Of a DNA stretch of 49,868 bases, positions 1-10,257 are shown in pieces. The DNA is taken from the IMG/VR virus record IMGVR_UViG_3300014655_000001, positions 1 to 49,868 of that record; one strand, given 5' to 3'. This stretch comes from a virus. Taxonomy: Duplodnaviria > Caudoviricetes. Position 1 is the stretch's first letter, and each line of letters opens with the position of its first letter. The position numbers and the translations under genes are program-made. The notes beneath the pieces are model-generated. The model was not told the DNA's origin and made no database searches. It saw only the letters and a program-made list of their open reading frames with translations.

Positions 1-123
1 AGCCCAGTAAAAGACCAGGATGTTCCTGTAAGTCCTCCACTTCCTACGATAGCAGAGAATACTTGAAACCTTCCCCCAGTACCCGCGGCGCCACCCTGCC
101 TCGTCCATCCAGTAGGTGCTGTG
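1..123. repeat. Terminal direct repeat, identical to 49746-49868 (circular assembly overlap)
   Basis: 123 nt identical at both window ends. It lies inside a reading frame that runs across the junction. Confidence 0.97.
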
Positions 124-260
124 CTACTACCAGAAGTAGCGTGGTCTATTACAAACGCAAGCAGTAAATCACCCGTAGTCGTACCGGATGGTTCACTTAA
201 CGTAACGCTTGTTGTGGCTGCTGTTCCTACAGTTCCAGCAGCCCTGAATGTAATAGCCAC
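1..260 (-). CDS. 5' part of Ala/Thr/Gly/Ser-rich virion fibre-like protein (continues at 49745-48362; about 547 aa in total)
   Basis: GTG at 260 preceded by TAGGAG. MAITFRAAGTVGTAATTSVTLSEPSG... reads without a stop across the junction into the 48362-49687 ORF. Confidence 0.85.
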   Translation of the reverse strand, partial: MAITFRAAGTVGTAATTSVTLSEPSGTTTGDLLLAFVIDHATSGSSTAPTGWTRQGGAAGTGGRFQVFSAIVGSGGLTGTSWSFTG

Positions 261-269
261 GTACTACTC

Positions 270-737
270 CTATGCTACTTGAACAAGAGAAGTTGCTGCA
301 CCTGGAGTGGGGAGATTTACTGTAAATGTACCTGCGGTACTAGAAACTGTGCCACCGAAGTCAAATACACCCACTACATCTTTAGAGACACTCTCATATA
401 CCACAGCACAGATCGCTGAAATAGTAGCTGTGCTCCATGTGACAGGACTAGTGAATGTGGCTGTACCTGTAGTGCTATACAGAGTAACAGTACCACCTGC
501 TAGAGTGGCTCCGCCGCTTGTGTAGCCTGTACCAGAGGCTTCATCTGTACCCACGTTCGTAGTACTAGGAGTACCAGAACCCGGAGTACCCACGTTGGTC
601 AAAGTATTATTGTATGTACCAGAAGCTCCTACTTTGATAAGAAGCATTTTGTAAGTCAATGGACCGGAGCCAGCAATGTTGACCTTACCATTGAGCATGT
701 CAATTTTAAATTGTGTACTAATTGAAGTTGTCGGCAT
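270..737 (-). CDS. Virion structural protein (Thr/Gly-rich beta protein)
   Basis: 155 aa, AGGAG SD. The pattern E-x-SGTGYTSGG-x-TL...W-x-x-ATI...DFGG...TFTV is typical of small phage structural proteins. Confidence 0.65.
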   Translation of the reverse strand: MPTTSISTQFKIDMLNGKVNIAGSGPLTYKMLLIKVGASGTYNNTLTNVGTPGSGTPSTTNVGTDEASGTGYTSGGATLAGGTVTLYSTTGTATFTSPVTWSTATISAICAVVYESVSKDVVGVFDFGGTVSSTAGTFTVNLPTPGAATSLVQVA

Positions 738-745
738 TGCTCCTC

Positions 746-2053
746 CTAGAGCCAGCTGTTAGTTTCGAGAAAATTATAGCGTTTCATCGTACTTTTCTGA
801 ATGTCAGTACGATATTGCATGTTTGGGATTTGTATCTTCTTCACAAAGGCTTCGCAGTTTAGATATGCTTGATCTGGTGTGTCTCCAATTCCTATAGGAG
901 CACACACATAACCATAGTTTCCGCTAGTAATAAAACTCTTTTTCCCAGGAGCAAGCTTAACATCATACATATAACACATCTTAAGCTGCTCTATATCCTC
1001 TGGATCAAGCCCCTCGATAGGTACGTCCTTCGCTTTTGGAAGCCTGATTTCTGTAGGATATGGTGGTATAGAGAGTTGCACGCTGTAGCCAAACGTCGCC
1101 GTCCATTTGATTTCTGGTGTCTCCATTGCAGCGGTACGGCGTAGCAACTCCGCGTAGTCATGCCCATACATCGCTGCGATTGTAGAATCCGCCAAATATC
1201 CAAACCGCGGCGTCCATTCAAGACCATATATTTTATCCTCAGTTACAATCGTATTCAAATCAATCATTCCTGTGAACTGCGCGGCGCGAAGCATGTCTAT
1301 AGTCTTAGCAAGCCCATCTTGGTAAAGCTGAGACTTCTCACTAATAGCAAAGACAAGATTTCCAGAACACCCAGTGTTTGGACCCTTGTCATCATTCATA
1401 AACTTCTTTTCTTCCAGCGTGCATGTAAGCATATGGAAGTCTGTACCATTAAAGAAACCTGCTACGCTCGCTTCTGTACCCTTGATAAACTCCTGAAGTA
1501 TAAACGGCGCACGCTTTGAGACAGAGAAAAGCTGGTCAATAACTCTAAGCATATCCTCCGCACTCTTCGCCACATACGTAGTAGCAACGTCCTGCATGTC
1601 ACTACCAATAGTGAATGGCTTGTATACGTAACGCTTATCATTCTTTTTAATGAACGCCTTAGCCGCCGCTGTGTCCATAAACTTCTCATAAGGAGGAACA
1701 TTTATTTCACACGACTCCATAGCTTTAATCCCGGCTTCTCTGTCATCCTCCAGCCAGTGTTCAAAACTGCCATCTCCAATCGTAGGAGCTTGGCTTTTCG
1801 ACGCATCTGCTTGCTTCGCACGACCAGTAAGGTCGAACAAAGAGAGGTCGTATCCTTTATACGTAGGGTGTCCATAACCTGCTACGGTCCTTCTATGGTC
1901 TATATTCATAATCCGTGGTGCTGGTATGAGGCCAGATAGCACGTCCTCGTACTTAGCTTCAGAGAGGTAATAATCCACCTTGTGCCCTTCAGCCATAAGG
2001 CGAAGAACGAACCAAGCTCCCATTCCTGTATACGAGGACATTGCTATCCGCAT
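746..2053 (-). CDS. ATP-grasp ligase, PurD (GAR synthetase)-like
   Basis: YVYKP, ILQEFIKGTEASV, EEKKFMNDDKGPNTGCSG (PurD: D-H-K-R...GPNTGGMG) and LEWTPRFG. The PurD N-terminal GGREH motif is absent. Confidence 0.8.
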   Translation of the reverse strand: MRIAMSSYTGMGAWFVLRLMAEGHKVDYYLSEAKYEDVLSGLIPAPRIMNIDHRRTVAGYGHPTYKGYDLSLFDLTGRAKQADASKSQAPTIGDGSFEHWLEDDREAGIKAMESCEINVPPYEKFMDTAAAKAFIKKNDKRYVYKPFTIGSDMQDVATTYVAKSAEDMLRVIDQLFSVSKRAPFILQEFIKGTEASVAGFFNGTDFHMLTCTLEEKKFMNDDKGPNTGCSGNLVFAISEKSQLYQDGLAKTIDMLRAAQFTGMIDLNTIVTEDKIYGLEWTPRFGYLADSTIAAMYGHDYAELLRRTAAMETPEIKWTATFGYSVQLSIPPYPTEIRLPKAKDVPIEGLDPEDIEQLKMCYMYDVKLAPGKKSFITSGNYGYVCAPIGIGDTPDQAYLNCEAFVKKIQIPNMQYRTDIQKSTMKRYNFLETNSWL

Positions 2054-2057
2054 TTTA

Positions 2058-2216
2058 CTAGCACTCCTTCATTTTCTTAGCCATCTTACGGTGTACTGAA
2101 TCGCCGCCGCTCATTTTTACTGAGCCGCCGCTCTTAGCTTGGGAACCGGAATGCTGTACGCGCTCCTGCATTGCCCGCGCTTCCTTTAGGGAGAGATTTG
2201 CGCTTTGACCAGCCAT
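2058..2216 (-). CDS. Small basic hypothetical protein (52 aa)
   Basis: AAGGAG SD before the ATG at 2216 (MAGQSANLS...). It fills the gap between flanking genes. Confidence 0.65.
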   Translation of the reverse strand: MAGQSANLSLKEARAMQERVQHSGSQAKSGGSVKMSGGDSVHRKMAKKMKEC

Positions 2217-2232
2217 GTGCCACTCCTTTCTC

Positions 2233-4074
2233 CTACTTGTTAATATCCTTAGCAGGAAAGATTTGATTCGCAAGAATGTTACCAGCACCGGGTACTGTCT
2301 GCTGGAGAATGTCTTTAGCGAGCGGCTTAATATTATGACGCCCACTCTTTGTAGACTTCGTGGCAAGGTTAATCAAGTCCTGTCCTGCTCTGACTGCGGA
2401 GCCTGCTGTCGGACCCATCAAAGCTAATGCGAGCCTGTCACCATGTGCCGCTGTGATGAATGAGTGCATCGTACCCCAAGAACCGAAGTAGGAAAGCATA
2501 TCCAAATACTCTGCTGCAAACTGTGCAGTATCTTCAGGATGTTCAAGCCTATTATAATCTTCCTTCATCCCCGCGATAGCTTGCTTTGGGGAAGCGGTAC
2601 GGCCAAACACTTCGGCAGCTTTAAGCATCGGCGCTACGGTAGGGAAGAGCATTCCTACTGTACCCGCGAAGCGTGCTATACCTGCATAGTCACCAGCATC
2701 AAGCATCTTCTGAAGTTCGCGCCGCATGAAGCGTTGTTGGTAGGTGACATAGCCGTGGAACATTGTTAACATACGGCCCCACGGTGTTGCTGTGGCAGTC
2801 AGACTTCTATCAAGAGGACGCGAGATAAAGCTACGGTTATTCGTAAAATTCCAGATCGCTTTAACTTTTTCATCGCGTGTTAACTGTCCACCGCGTTGTA
2901 CAATCGCTTGAGGATCTAGGCCAAGCTCTCTAAGCTCTAGAAGAGAACGCTTATCTCCACGCGCCGCATTCTCAGCCCAATACAGCGCACTATGATACCC
3001 AACGGCGGCGCTAAACTTGAGCTGTGCATTTCTTATAAAGTTAAATCCAGGATTGTGAAATATCTGACTATAAAGCGCCCCGACTTCTGGCCTGCCAATT
3101 TTGGTAGCGAGCATTCCTGTCCTGCTACTCATGTCGTCGAGAAGCATGTGAAAGTGCTGTGATCCTAGCACCGCTGAAGCATCAGTAAGGTCTTTTATCT
3201 CCTTATCTCCGAGAGATGCTAAGCCCTTGTAGATTCCTTCAAGCGGTGCCTGAGAAGTATTAAAGAACGTACTCATGTGATTGATAGCAATCATCGGTGC
3301 GAGATACCAACGCACACGCTGAGAGGAGAACTTCTCCAACGCATTCATCCGCTCATACACATTAGCAGTGTTAATTCTAGTATTAATCTCCGGTTTTCCC
3401 TCCGCCTTAAGTTGCTGATTCATTGCCATGAGTGCTTTTTGCATATCAAGCTTAGTAGCAGAATGAGGTACAGTCGAGGGCCGCACGCCAGCAGCATCAA
3501 GTACCATAGGATATGAAGTATCATGAAACTGATTCGCCGCGATGCTTAGAATCGCATTCGCGTGTGACTCCTCCACAGTATCACCTTTAAGATACAAAGG
3601 CATTACTGCTTTGACGAGCTTCTCACTATTCGCACCCACAACTTCCAGCCGCGCTAGTAACCTAGCCTGTCCACCAATCTTAGCCGTATACTCAGGCAAC
3701 GTAAGATCAAAATTCTTCGGGTCAAGATTTAAAATCGCCGCCGTATGTTGTGCTACTGGATGACCTTGCTGTGAAAAATCCGAATGTAACTTCCCTATAG
3801 TGCTTCTGAGCTGATCTGGATTATTCTTAATCACATCCTCAATCTGCTGCGGACTCTTCTGTAACTGTGTAAGAATCTGATTTCTTCTGAAATCATAATC
3901 CTTCAGAAGCTTCATAGCAACATGCCCTTCAGGAGAGCGGGCCAGTTCGCTCTCCTGCGAAAAGAATGTCGTATGCGCTTGAGTTCCTATCTCACCAGAA
4001 GTTCTAAGAGACTCTGTGAGTTTAGAACCTAAATCACTAGCGAGTTTTCCTACCCACTCTGCTGCTCCACCCAT
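2233..4074 (-). CDS. Putative internal virion (ejection) protein
   Basis: 613 aa, helical, with hydrophobic C-terminal segments. It is the last of several large ORFs after the tail genes, as in podoviruses. Confidence 0.6.
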   Translation of the reverse strand: MGGAAEWVGKLASDLGSKLTESLRTSGEIGTQAHTTFFSQESELARSPEGHVAMKLLKDYDFRRNQILTQLQKSPQQIEDVIKNNPDQLRSTIGKLHSDFSQQGHPVAQHTAAILNLDPKNFDLTLPEYTAKIGGQARLLARLEVVGANSEKLVKAVMPLYLKGDTVEESHANAILSIAANQFHDTSYPMVLDAAGVRPSTVPHSATKLDMQKALMAMNQQLKAEGKPEINTRINTANVYERMNALEKFSSQRVRWYLAPMIAINHMSTFFNTSQAPLEGIYKGLASLGDKEIKDLTDASAVLGSQHFHMLLDDMSSRTGMLATKIGRPEVGALYSQIFHNPGFNFIRNAQLKFSAAVGYHSALYWAENAARGDKRSLLELRELGLDPQAIVQRGGQLTRDEKVKAIWNFTNNRSFISRPLDRSLTATATPWGRMLTMFHGYVTYQQRFMRRELQKMLDAGDYAGIARFAGTVGMLFPTVAPMLKAAEVFGRTASPKQAIAGMKEDYNRLEHPEDTAQFAAEYLDMLSYFGSWGTMHSFITAAHGDRLALALMGPTAGSAVRAGQDLINLATKSTKSGRHNIKPLAKDILQQTVPGAGNILANQIFPAKDINK

Positions 4075-6998
4075 TACTGGCCTCCTGCCGCGGCAACAAT
4101 CTTACGCGCCTTAGCTACGATCTTAGCTACCTTAGAAGGATTCCCCTCTAGATACGCGGCAAGTTCTTGCCCTTGAAGAATTTTAAGAGAACCCTCATAT
4201 CTTGCCCGCGCCTCGATAGCTGCTTTAGACTTTCCAGGATAAAACTCCTTACCACGCATTAAGTCTTTCTTGTGAGCACTCTCTACGAGTTTCTTATCCC
4301 GCTGCCATTTAGAGAGTGAATCCTCACCCTTAATACCAGGTTGTGAACTCCTAAACACATTACGTTGCCCATAATCCTGATACCACTTAGAGCGTGTGAA
4401 GTAGTCTATGTGATTATGAATGGCTTGGGAAAATTCCTCTAGCTTCTCAACAGTAGGACGCGAGCCAAGCAACGCACTCATCTTGGGAGAGTTCATCAGT
4501 ACATCTTCCAGCTTCGCTGCTACTGGCTTGGGAAGTTTACTCCTGAAGCCGTACATATAAGCTAAGAAGTTAGTGTAATCCTTTGTCCCCTGTCCAGCAC
4601 GTCCGCCCTCAAACTGAAGGCCATAATCCTTAGTAGGATTAAAGTAATCTCTCAAATCCTCAGCAAAAGCCTGTGCTGCACTATCAGGGTCATCTGTTTT
4701 GCCTGTGAGTGTCTCTACATAATCACGCCAGAACTTGTCAGTATTCTTTCCTTCTTTAGCTTTGGCTAGGTTATCTTTGGCTACATTCCAGTTAAAAGAA
4801 ATACCCATCTGGTAGCCAGTAATCTTACCGCCCTTGCTATATTCATAACGACTCTCAGTACGCTGTGCTGGAGGAGTACCTATTTGTCTAGCTACTGTAG
4901 GCTTCACAGTAATAGTTCTATTCTCTTCATCCCTCCAATTCTTTGCTTGTTGCTTGATAGAATCTCGCACTTTTTGGGCATGCTCTTGTATATCTGTATA
5001 AGAAGCATTTGGAAACTCTTTTTTATACCAGTCAAGATATTGGGCATGAGAACTACTTTTTCCTTTGTTTCCAATAATATAAGCTACCATGTCCCGCGGA
5101 TCTTCAAATTTCAAATCAAAAGAATTTCCTACTCCATAGCTATACTTAGGCTTAGCTATAGAAAGCCACAAAGGTAATCTATGGTCTATAGAAGGCTGAT
5201 TCCTAGCTACATTACTCGGTCCCTCAACATTCTTAGCCTCCGCTGCTTTCTGTACAGCCATCGCACCAGTTTGATCTCCAGTCAGTTTTTGGCCTTTCAT
5301 CTCTTTAACCTGCGGCACTCTCATATCAATCTCAGCCGCGGCCCTATCAAGCTGGTTGTGAATATGACTTACAAGTTCATTAAGCTGATCCGGTTCAAGT
5401 TCTGTCAGCTTCAAGTCCCTGAAGTCCAACCAATGCTTAATCATATTCATATTAGTGAGAACAGTCATCCACCTAACATGATCGGCATCACTCAAGTCCT
5501 GATGCCACTTTAGGCGATCCATATCCTCAAGCGGCGCCTTCTCTTCCATCGCGACATGTGCTAGAGCTTCTTCCACAATAGAATGCGCCGTAGCCTGTCC
5601 TCCCGCCGCCATTACTGAAGCCATGTGTGTACGATACTGGTCAAGAACTTCTTCCTTAGTAGCAGGCTCCTTACCTTGTGCTCCAAGCTCTGCTTCTTCC
5701 TCTGCTGCTGCCATAGCAGCTTTTTCTTCTCCTTCAGGAAGGTGTTCTACTAGCTTAGCTGCTCCCTTACCAGCAAAGCTAAACAATGTTCCTGCGGCAG
5801 CAAACTGCAAAGCCATCTTCCAAGCATCTTTCTTATCACTAGCATCCGTAGTCAAACTACCAAATGCAAGTCCCTCAGTACCATAAGTCAGCATCTTAGC
5901 GACTACTTGACCTTGCTTTGTAGCATTGAGAGTTTTAGTAAGATTCTCAATATAAGGCACACCCTCCGCAGCCTTACCAACAAGTCCTACACCAAGTTCA
6001 CTAGCTTTTCCTATAGCTCCGAAGAGTGGAAGAAGCATTCCGTTCTCTACTACAAAAGAAGTAGCTTTCTCTGAAAACTCCCTAGCAGGAGTTACATCAC
6101 TCCAAAACTCCTCACTTGAAGCTACATCGTGCATAAACTTAGAGCCACCAAGTGGATTACGCTCGCCGGCAGTTTCTATTGTCTTGGCAACTCCAGTAAC
6201 AAGACCATCCTGCTTTACGCGATTGTGCATATTCATCGCGAGGTTATAGAATCCCGTAAGACCAGTATAATCCCCGCTTTTGATAGAATCCATGAACCCT
6301 ACAACAGGAATCCCCGCTACGTTAGTAAGTGTGCGAATCGCATTAGCACCTTCTGCGGTAGCTGTATCAAGACCTTTGAGAAAGCCTTTGAGAATAGGAT
6401 TCCTATATGCTTGCGAAGGATCGTACTTAAGCCCTTCTGACCAAGCATTTCTAAGCCATACATCTTTTGAAAGTGGAGCGGCGCCGATCTTCTGATAGAG
6501 TGGGAGAAGCCACTTATCATAATAATCCGAAGCTACGGCAGTCTTCGTAGCGTCATCTTTTCCTGTAAAAGCAGGTGCCTGCTGACTCCAGCGGCTTAGT
6601 GAATTAACCAAGCCATCATATGGGTCATCAAACAGTAAAGGATTCAAGTTAGTATCCTTCACTGCCTTAATCTTCTCACTCTGCTTCAGTGAATTAAAGG
6701 AATGATATTGCTGACGGATCTGCGCTACCTGCTCTCCTTGCAGGTATCCCGCGAGTGATTCCTGTAACGCCTCTCGTCCCTTAGTTCCCGTCGTCGCTAC
6801 CGCGTTCAAGTTCCCTTTCAATGTCGTCGATATCCTTCGAGATGCCGGAAGCTGCACCGGCGCCTTTATTGTAGACGCCACTAAGTCCTGCGAGTGTTTT
6901 AATAAGGATTCGGTCTGTTGTTGAAACAGAGGACTTGAAGGGTTTTCCGCTTCTGGGATCGAGGTCGCTACTGGTACTTGCTCCGTCGCCTGTGGCAC
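4074..6998 (-). CDS. Large putative internal virion (ejection) protein
   Basis: About 974 aa. Probable GTG start at 6998 with GAAGGAG 6 nt upstream. Ala/Gly-rich central amphipathic helices. Confidence 0.6.
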   Translation of the reverse strand: MPQATEQVPVATSIPEAENPSSPLFQQQTESLLKHSQDLVASTIKAPVQLPASRRISTTLKGNLNAVATTGTKGREALQESLAGYLQGEQVAQIRQQYHSFNSLKQSEKIKAVKDTNLNPLLFDDPYDGLVNSLSRWSQQAPAFTGKDDATKTAVASDYYDKWLLPLYQKIGAAPLSKDVWLRNAWSEGLKYDPSQAYRNPILKGFLKGLDTATAEGANAIRTLTNVAGIPVVGFMDSIKSGDYTGLTGFYNLAMNMHNRVKQDGLVTGVAKTIETAGERNPLGGSKFMHDVASSEEFWSDVTPAREFSEKATSFVVENGMLLPLFGAIGKASELGVGLVGKAAEGVPYIENLTKTLNATKQGQVVAKMLTYGTEGLAFGSLTTDASDKKDAWKMALQFAAAGTLFSFAGKGAAKLVEHLPEGEEKAAMAAAEEEAELGAQGKEPATKEEVLDQYRTHMASVMAAGGQATAHSIVEEALAHVAMEEKAPLEDMDRLKWHQDLSDADHVRWMTVLTNMNMIKHWLDFRDLKLTELEPDQLNELVSHIHNQLDRAAAEIDMRVPQVKEMKGQKLTGDQTGAMAVQKAAEAKNVEGPSNVARNQPSIDHRLPLWLSIAKPKYSYGVGNSFDLKFEDPRDMVAYIIGNKGKSSSHAQYLDWYKKEFPNASYTDIQEHAQKVRDSIKQQAKNWRDEENRTITVKPTVARQIGTPPAQRTESRYEYSKGGKITGYQMGISFNWNVAKDNLAKAKEGKNTDKFWRDYVETLTGKTDDPDSAAQAFAEDLRDYFNPTKDYGLQFEGGRAGQGTKDYTNFLAYMYGFRSKLPKPVAAKLEDVLMNSPKMSALLGSRPTVEKLEEFSQAIHNHIDYFTRSKWYQDYGQRNVFRSSQPGIKGEDSLSKWQRDKKLVESAHKKDLMRGKEFYPGKSKAAIEARARYEGSLKILQGQELAAYLEGNPSKVAKIVAKARKIVAAAGGQ

Positions 6999-8292
6999 CT
7001 GAGACTCCTTCACCTACATGGGGAACTGGTACTGTGACTTCGAATTGCTTAGGGTCCATGCCGCTTTGTTTTACTGCAAAGTTCTTAGCAGCTTCGAAAG
7101 CGTTCTTAGAAATTACATCTTGCTGATCCAGCGCCGCAAGTTGTCGCCTAACTTCAATCTTTCTACTTCCGTCAGAGCTACCGAGCTTATCAAGCTCAGT
7201 ATTAAGAGCTTGCCTACTCTTCTGCACAGCGTCCGTGTTCTTCTGAAAATCATCCGCCGCAGTTTGAAAGCCTTTCATTATGTTAGCCGGATTCGCAGCA
7301 TCTGCCGCATTAACCCAGTTCTTCAGTGATGCTTCCAAACGCGCTAGAGAACGTTTCGCCTCATTATCCACATTATGCTGCTGGTTCTCAAGCAACTGCT
7401 TGTCAATAGCAGTCTGCTGCTCCATAGCATGTACTCTCAAATCCACAGCATTCTTCTTATCCGCTATGGACATAAGCGAGCCAGCTCTGACTTGGGCTGC
7501 GAAGTAAGGAGCAAGTGCTTTAATAGAATCAAGTTGATTCTTCTGTTGCTGCTGAGCTACCGCAAGCTGTGCTTGTGCCTGAGTATTCGCAGAAAGTCCC
7601 TGCGGTTGTGACTTCTCAAACGCCGCACCAGCCTGCTGTCCCGCGGCTTGTTGCTGTTTCTGCTGCTGCGCCTGCATGATCGCTTTCTTCTCAGCAAAGC
7701 TCTTAGCATTCTTCAGAGCTTCCTGTACAGCGGCGTGCTCTTCAGTCTTGTTAGACTGCGGGTCAGTATAGCTAATGTCGAAGCCTTTGACTAAAGCCTT
7801 TCGCATTTTCGGATCGGCAAAGATAGCATCTCGCGCTTGCTGGTTTTGCTGTATCACAGCTTGCATTTTTGATGCAGTAGCAGCATCTCCACTCTGAATA
7901 GCCGCATCATGTGCTTGCTTTGCTTCATCAATGGCTTGCTGCGCCATGATAACTTTCTGCGCGGCATCCCTAATTTGATTCTGCTTTATCTGCGCTTCCT
8001 TAGTAACAATCGCTCCAAGAGCATTAGTCGCGCCTGTAAAGGCATTCCCAACACTCTGTATCCGCGCCGCCTTACGACCTACGACTTGTCTGTTATCAAG
8101 CTGCCTATCCTGATGTGGCGCGATCGGCGTAGTGAGCGAAGAGGGTACTCCCTGAGCGTGTGATCCTGGAATCGGAGATGTAGCTGCTCTCACCAGATTA
8201 GGATCAATCGGCGTGACGATATTCTTAATAAGCTCGTTTATATCCAAGCCACCACTCTGTGCGGCTGGAACGCTTGCGGGTACTGTATCCAT
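6781..8292 (-). CDS. Gln/Ala-rich coiled-coil putative ejection protein
   Basis: About 503 aa. GGAGG SD before the ATG at 8292. Composition is typical of podoviral internal proteins. Confidence 0.6.
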   Translation of the reverse strand: MDTVPASVPAAQSGGLDINELIKNIVTPIDPNLVRAATSPIPGSHAQGVPSSLTTPIAPHQDRQLDNRQVVGRKAARIQSVGNAFTGATNALGAIVTKEAQIKQNQIRDAAQKVIMAQQAIDEAKQAHDAAIQSGDAATASKMQAVIQQNQQARDAIFADPKMRKALVKGFDISYTDPQSNKTEEHAAVQEALKNAKSFAEKKAIMQAQQQKQQQAAGQQAGAAFEKSQPQGLSANTQAQAQLAVAQQQQKNQLDSIKALAPYFAAQVRAGSLMSIADKKNAVDLRVHAMEQQTAIDKQLLENQQHNVDNEAKRSLARLEASLKNWVNAADAANPANIMKGFQTAADDFQKNTDAVQKSRQALNTELDKLGSSDGSRKIEVRRQLAALDQQDVISKNAFEAAKNFAVKQSGMDPKQFEVTVPVPHVGEGVSGATGDGASTSSDLDPRSGKPFKSSVSTTDRILIKTLAGLSGVYNKGAGAASGISKDIDDIERELERGSDDGN

Positions 8293-8293
8293 A

Positions 8294-9082
8294 CTATCCT
8301 CCAAGTCCTTCTAAGAATCCAGGAGTAAAACCACTAGATGGTGCTGGACCGTTGTTAGCTTCAAAGTTAGCTATTCCAGGATCAGAGACAGTGCCCATAG
8401 AGGGAACTGAAGCTCCAGCACCACCAAACATGCCAGTAATACTACCAAGCCCCATCACATCACCAACTGCTGAACCTATATCACCAAGCACTTGTCCAAA
8501 AATATGCAAAGGACTAGAATCCACCACTTGTTGTTGAGCAGCAGGAAGTGTACTTTCAATCAACTTAGCTTCCAAAGACTGCTGGCTTTCAGTAAGATTC
8601 GCAGCCTCTCCAGCAATAGCTGAAGTCTCCTGAGCTTGCAAGTTTGCTTCTCCAAGTGCCGCGACACTAGAATTCGCACTTACTCCACCAGCACCAAGAG
8701 AAGCATGAAGATTTGCATCTGCTGTAGCCTCTTGTGGAGCTAAACTCTGTATGTACTCCTGAAGTACCGCAGAGTTAGTTCCAGACATAGAATTCATAAA
8801 ATTCGTAAGTGTACCACCAGCCGCACCGTAAATGTCATTCAGCTGATTATACGCAGCGCCACTTACGGTTTGAGAACCTGTTCCAGCAGTAGGAATCGAA
8901 CTAGGCACAATAGCCGAAGCTGGTACAAGCGGATTAACTGTTGCCGCCGCTGTGGGATTTATTGGCGTAGGCGTAGCTATAGGATTCAGCGTATTTATCG
9001 CTGGCAACGCATTAGAAGCACCAGGAGTAGTTTGATTATTCCCACCAGGATTAGAATACGGTACCATACTTGAGGTTGCCAT
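8294..9082 (-). CDS. Putative DNA pilot/ejection protein
   Basis: 262 aa, Gly/Ala/Ser-rich, with a Gly-zipper-like C-terminal segment. It follows the adaptor gene. Confidence 0.5.
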   Translation of the reverse strand: MATSSMVPYSNPGGNNQTTPGASNALPAINTLNPIATPTPINPTAAATVNPLVPASAIVPSSIPTAGTGSQTVSGAAYNQLNDIYGAAGGTLTNFMNSMSGTNSAVLQEYIQSLAPQEATADANLHASLGAGGVSANSSVAALGEANLQAQETSAIAGEAANLTESQQSLEAKLIESTLPAAQQQVVDSSPLHIFGQVLGDIGSAVGDVMGLGSITGMFGGAGASVPSMGTVSDPGIANFEANNGPAPSSGFTPGFLEGLGG

Positions 9083-9828
9083 TATCCTACATTCCCCATT
9101 CTCAGGCGCATCCGCCGGGTTGTGGTTTGTTGATCTCTATTACGCTGAGAGGTACGCTGAAAAATAAGTCCCGGCGCTCCTTCAATACCACCGCTGGTTT
9201 GAAACTTCTGATCACCATAAAGAGAAGTGTAAAGCTCTTGTTTCTTGTCTGCTAAGTTTGCTTGCGGAGCCAATCTAATCGCGGCAGCATACTCCAGAAT
9301 CTCCTGCCATGAATCCGCCATCAAAACATTAGTATCCGCGCTAAATCCTCCCGGTGTTTCCGTAGAAGGATGCTGCTTTTGATAACGCATGTACAAATAG
9401 TACGCATTATCCGGCATTGTAATGTAAATCTGGTTATTATTACGGCTCCAGTAGATCGGAAGTCCCGCGATGTTTAGGAGCACTTCGATTGACTCAATAG
9501 AACGAAACTTCAAAGTATACCCAGCGTCTGTATTCGTATCAATTGACGAAGGCACCGTGTACGGATTATTAAAAATGTAAAAAGAGTTCACCTTAGAAAC
9601 ATCGAGATTAGCATCTCCACCTTGGAGAAAGAAATTCGGCGCATACACATTCTGATACGCAGTAAGCTGCACGATCGGTCCTGTAGCTTCCAGAAGCGGA
9701 TGCTTGTAATCCTCTGTCAACTCAAGTACAGACTTCCTAATCGCCTCGTACATAGTAACAGAAGCCACAGTCCTATTCATTAGAAGTCCTGTGATTCCGG
9801 GTACGCAATCTCCAGCAGTAAAACTCAT
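9082..9828 (-). CDS. Putative head-tail adaptor / tail tubular protein A-like
   Basis: 248 aa. The pattern G-x-P-x-YW...IYI-x-x-PD-x-x-Y-x-L...W-x-E-x-L-x-Y-x-A and the position support this. Confidence 0.55.
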   Translation of the reverse strand: MSFTAGDCVPGITGLLMNRTVASVTMYEAIRKSVLELTEDYKHPLLEATGPIVQLTAYQNVYAPNFFLQGGDANLDVSKVNSFYIFNNPYTVPSSIDTNTDAGYTLKFRSIESIEVLLNIAGLPIYWSRNNNQIYITMPDNAYYLYMRYQKQHPSTETPGGFSADTNVLMADSWQEILEYAAAIRLAPQANLADKKQELYTSLYGDQKFQTSGGIEGAPGLIFQRTSQRNRDQQTTTRRMRLRMGNVG

Positions 9829-9837
9829 TTCAGACTC

Positions 9838-10257
9838 CTAGAAGATATACACTGTAACACTTTTGGTATTGTCCGATGGTGCCAGCGTAATAAGCTGATT
9901 CGTCGGTGGCGCCGTGCGATAAACTTGAATCTGTCCATCTGAATCTACAACATGAAATCCTATAGGCTGCCTACCAAGTCCATGATTAATAGGAATACCT
10001 GTAAGCGAAGCTCCCCAATTATACGGTGCACCGCTATCAGTTATACCTTCCGCGGCTATCCGAACTAGCACACCAGAACCATTTCCACGATTAAACTGCG
10101 TGTAAACTCCAGCATTCACACCTGATGTAGAAGGAGCATTACTTATCGGAGTGCCCATATCTACATTACCATTCAAACCTTCATTAACCGACTGAACCCA
10201 TTGCCTGTGTTCCTTAGCTAAGGATGGCGCGAATGTATTAGGATCATATGTTTTCAT
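9838..10257 (-). CDS. Putative tail accessory protein
   Basis: 139 aa with an I-x-HGLG-x-x-P beta motif common in tail and fibre proteins. Confidence 0.5.
   Translation of the reverse strand: MKTYDPNTFAPSLAKEHRQWVQSVNEGLNGNVDMGTPISNAPSTSGVNAGVYTQFNRGNGSGVLVRIAAEGITDSGAPYNWGASLTGIPINHGLGRQPIGFHVVDSDGQIQVYRTAPPTNQLITLAPSDNTKSVTVYIF

Noticed and set aside
746-2053. Assigning the symbol purD (auxiliary metabolic gene)
   Set aside because: Substrate-binding motifs diverge and the context is structural, so only the fold-level call is supported.
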